A stretch of DNA of 53,992 nucleotides. Source: Gaiellaceae bacterium. GTDB lineage: Bacteria > Actinomycetota > Thermoleophilia > Gaiellales > Gaiellaceae. Below the pieces are notes generated by a model that worked only from the letters and a program-made list of their open reading frames with translations, was not told the DNA's origin and did no database searches. Of this stretch, positions 53,853 through 53,992 are shown piece after piece. The DNA lies in NCBI GenBank assembly GCA_035764775.1, contig DASTYQ010000054.1, positions 1 through 53,992 of the forward strand. Direction: 5' to 3'. The position numbers and the translations under genes are program-made. The number at the start of each line of letters is the position of its first letter. Positions within the stretch are counted from its first letter, which is position 1.

Positions 53853-53879
53853 AAAAGCCCCGGAAACGGGGCTTTTCTG
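53853..53879 (+). terminator. Intrinsic terminator
   Basis: AAAAGCCCCG-gaaa-CGGGGCTTTTCTGT. GC stem plus a U-tract. Confidence 0.75.
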
Positions 53880-53992
53880 TTCTCCACTACAGAGATCGCC
53901 GGCGCGAATCTTTGCCCATCTTTCGCCTTCGAGCGACAGTACGCTCGCACATTGCAGTGCTCTCCGACGACTGATGCTTTGCATGGAAAGCG

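Noticed and set aside
1-53992. A search for CRISPR arrays, IS elements, integrases, rRNA, toxin-antitoxin pairs and prophage genes
   Set aside because: None recognised in any frame. The only repeats seen are short hairpins and operator-like palindromes.

Overview
Very GC-rich, densely packed bacterial chromosome segment. GC was judged by eye, not computed. It looks Actinomycetota-like: split pntAa/pntAb/pntB, frequent GTG starts, 4-nt start/stop overlaps, TANNNT -10 boxes and many apparently leaderless genes. Finer taxonomy is only a guess.

I support about 52 protein genes, 2 tRNAs and several hairpins, promoters and operators. Gene content in order:
- ftsY 3' end.
- A cyclase-NB-ARC-TPR STAND protein.
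- The SRP / ribosome-maturation block: ffh-rpsP-KH-rimM-trmD-lepB-rplS-rnhB-yraN.
- A 1.9-kb two-gene insert: an orphan methyltransferase plus a secreted collagen-like protein.
- comM-dprA.
- Two FAD oxidases, an ornithine-cyclodeaminase homologue, and a TetR regulator with an ABC-2 exporter.
- pntAa-pntAb-pntB and an isocitrate/isopropylmalate-family dehydrogenase.
- A small 4-Cys protein, then addB-addA-phosphoesterase-nth.
- corA, trxB, rmuC, DUF3105, tRNA-Leu, gdh and a CBS protein.
- A DUF853 ATPase-membrane protein-ppx operon.
- The glyoxylate shunt genes aceA-aceB with an FCD-GntR regulator.
- A MurNAc/GlcNAc recycling cluster: murQ-nagA-SIS divergent from an ABC importer, a HutC regulator and a GH3 NagZ.
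- Initiator tRNA-Met.

I saw no transposase, integrase, CRISPR array, rRNA or phage genes. Most of the window is core genome, and I cannot claim a clear-cut novel multi-gene system.

The observations most worth following up are:
- Leaderless promoter architecture across the window, with a recurrent TAGACTC box.
- The murQ promoter, whose -35 hexamer lies inside a dre-like operator.
- The methyltransferase/collagen-like insert that splits a conserved gene block.
- The HTH-less cyclase-STAND protein.
- The DUF853-membrane protein-Ppx operon.
- An Lsr2-N-terminus-like 4-Cys mini-protein in front of addBA.
- An Ada-like Cys-motif protein next to the glyoxylate operon.
- The tRNA-fMet gene and its promoter, which lie inside the nagZ 3' end.

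All functional calls come from by-eye motif recognition. No database search was run.
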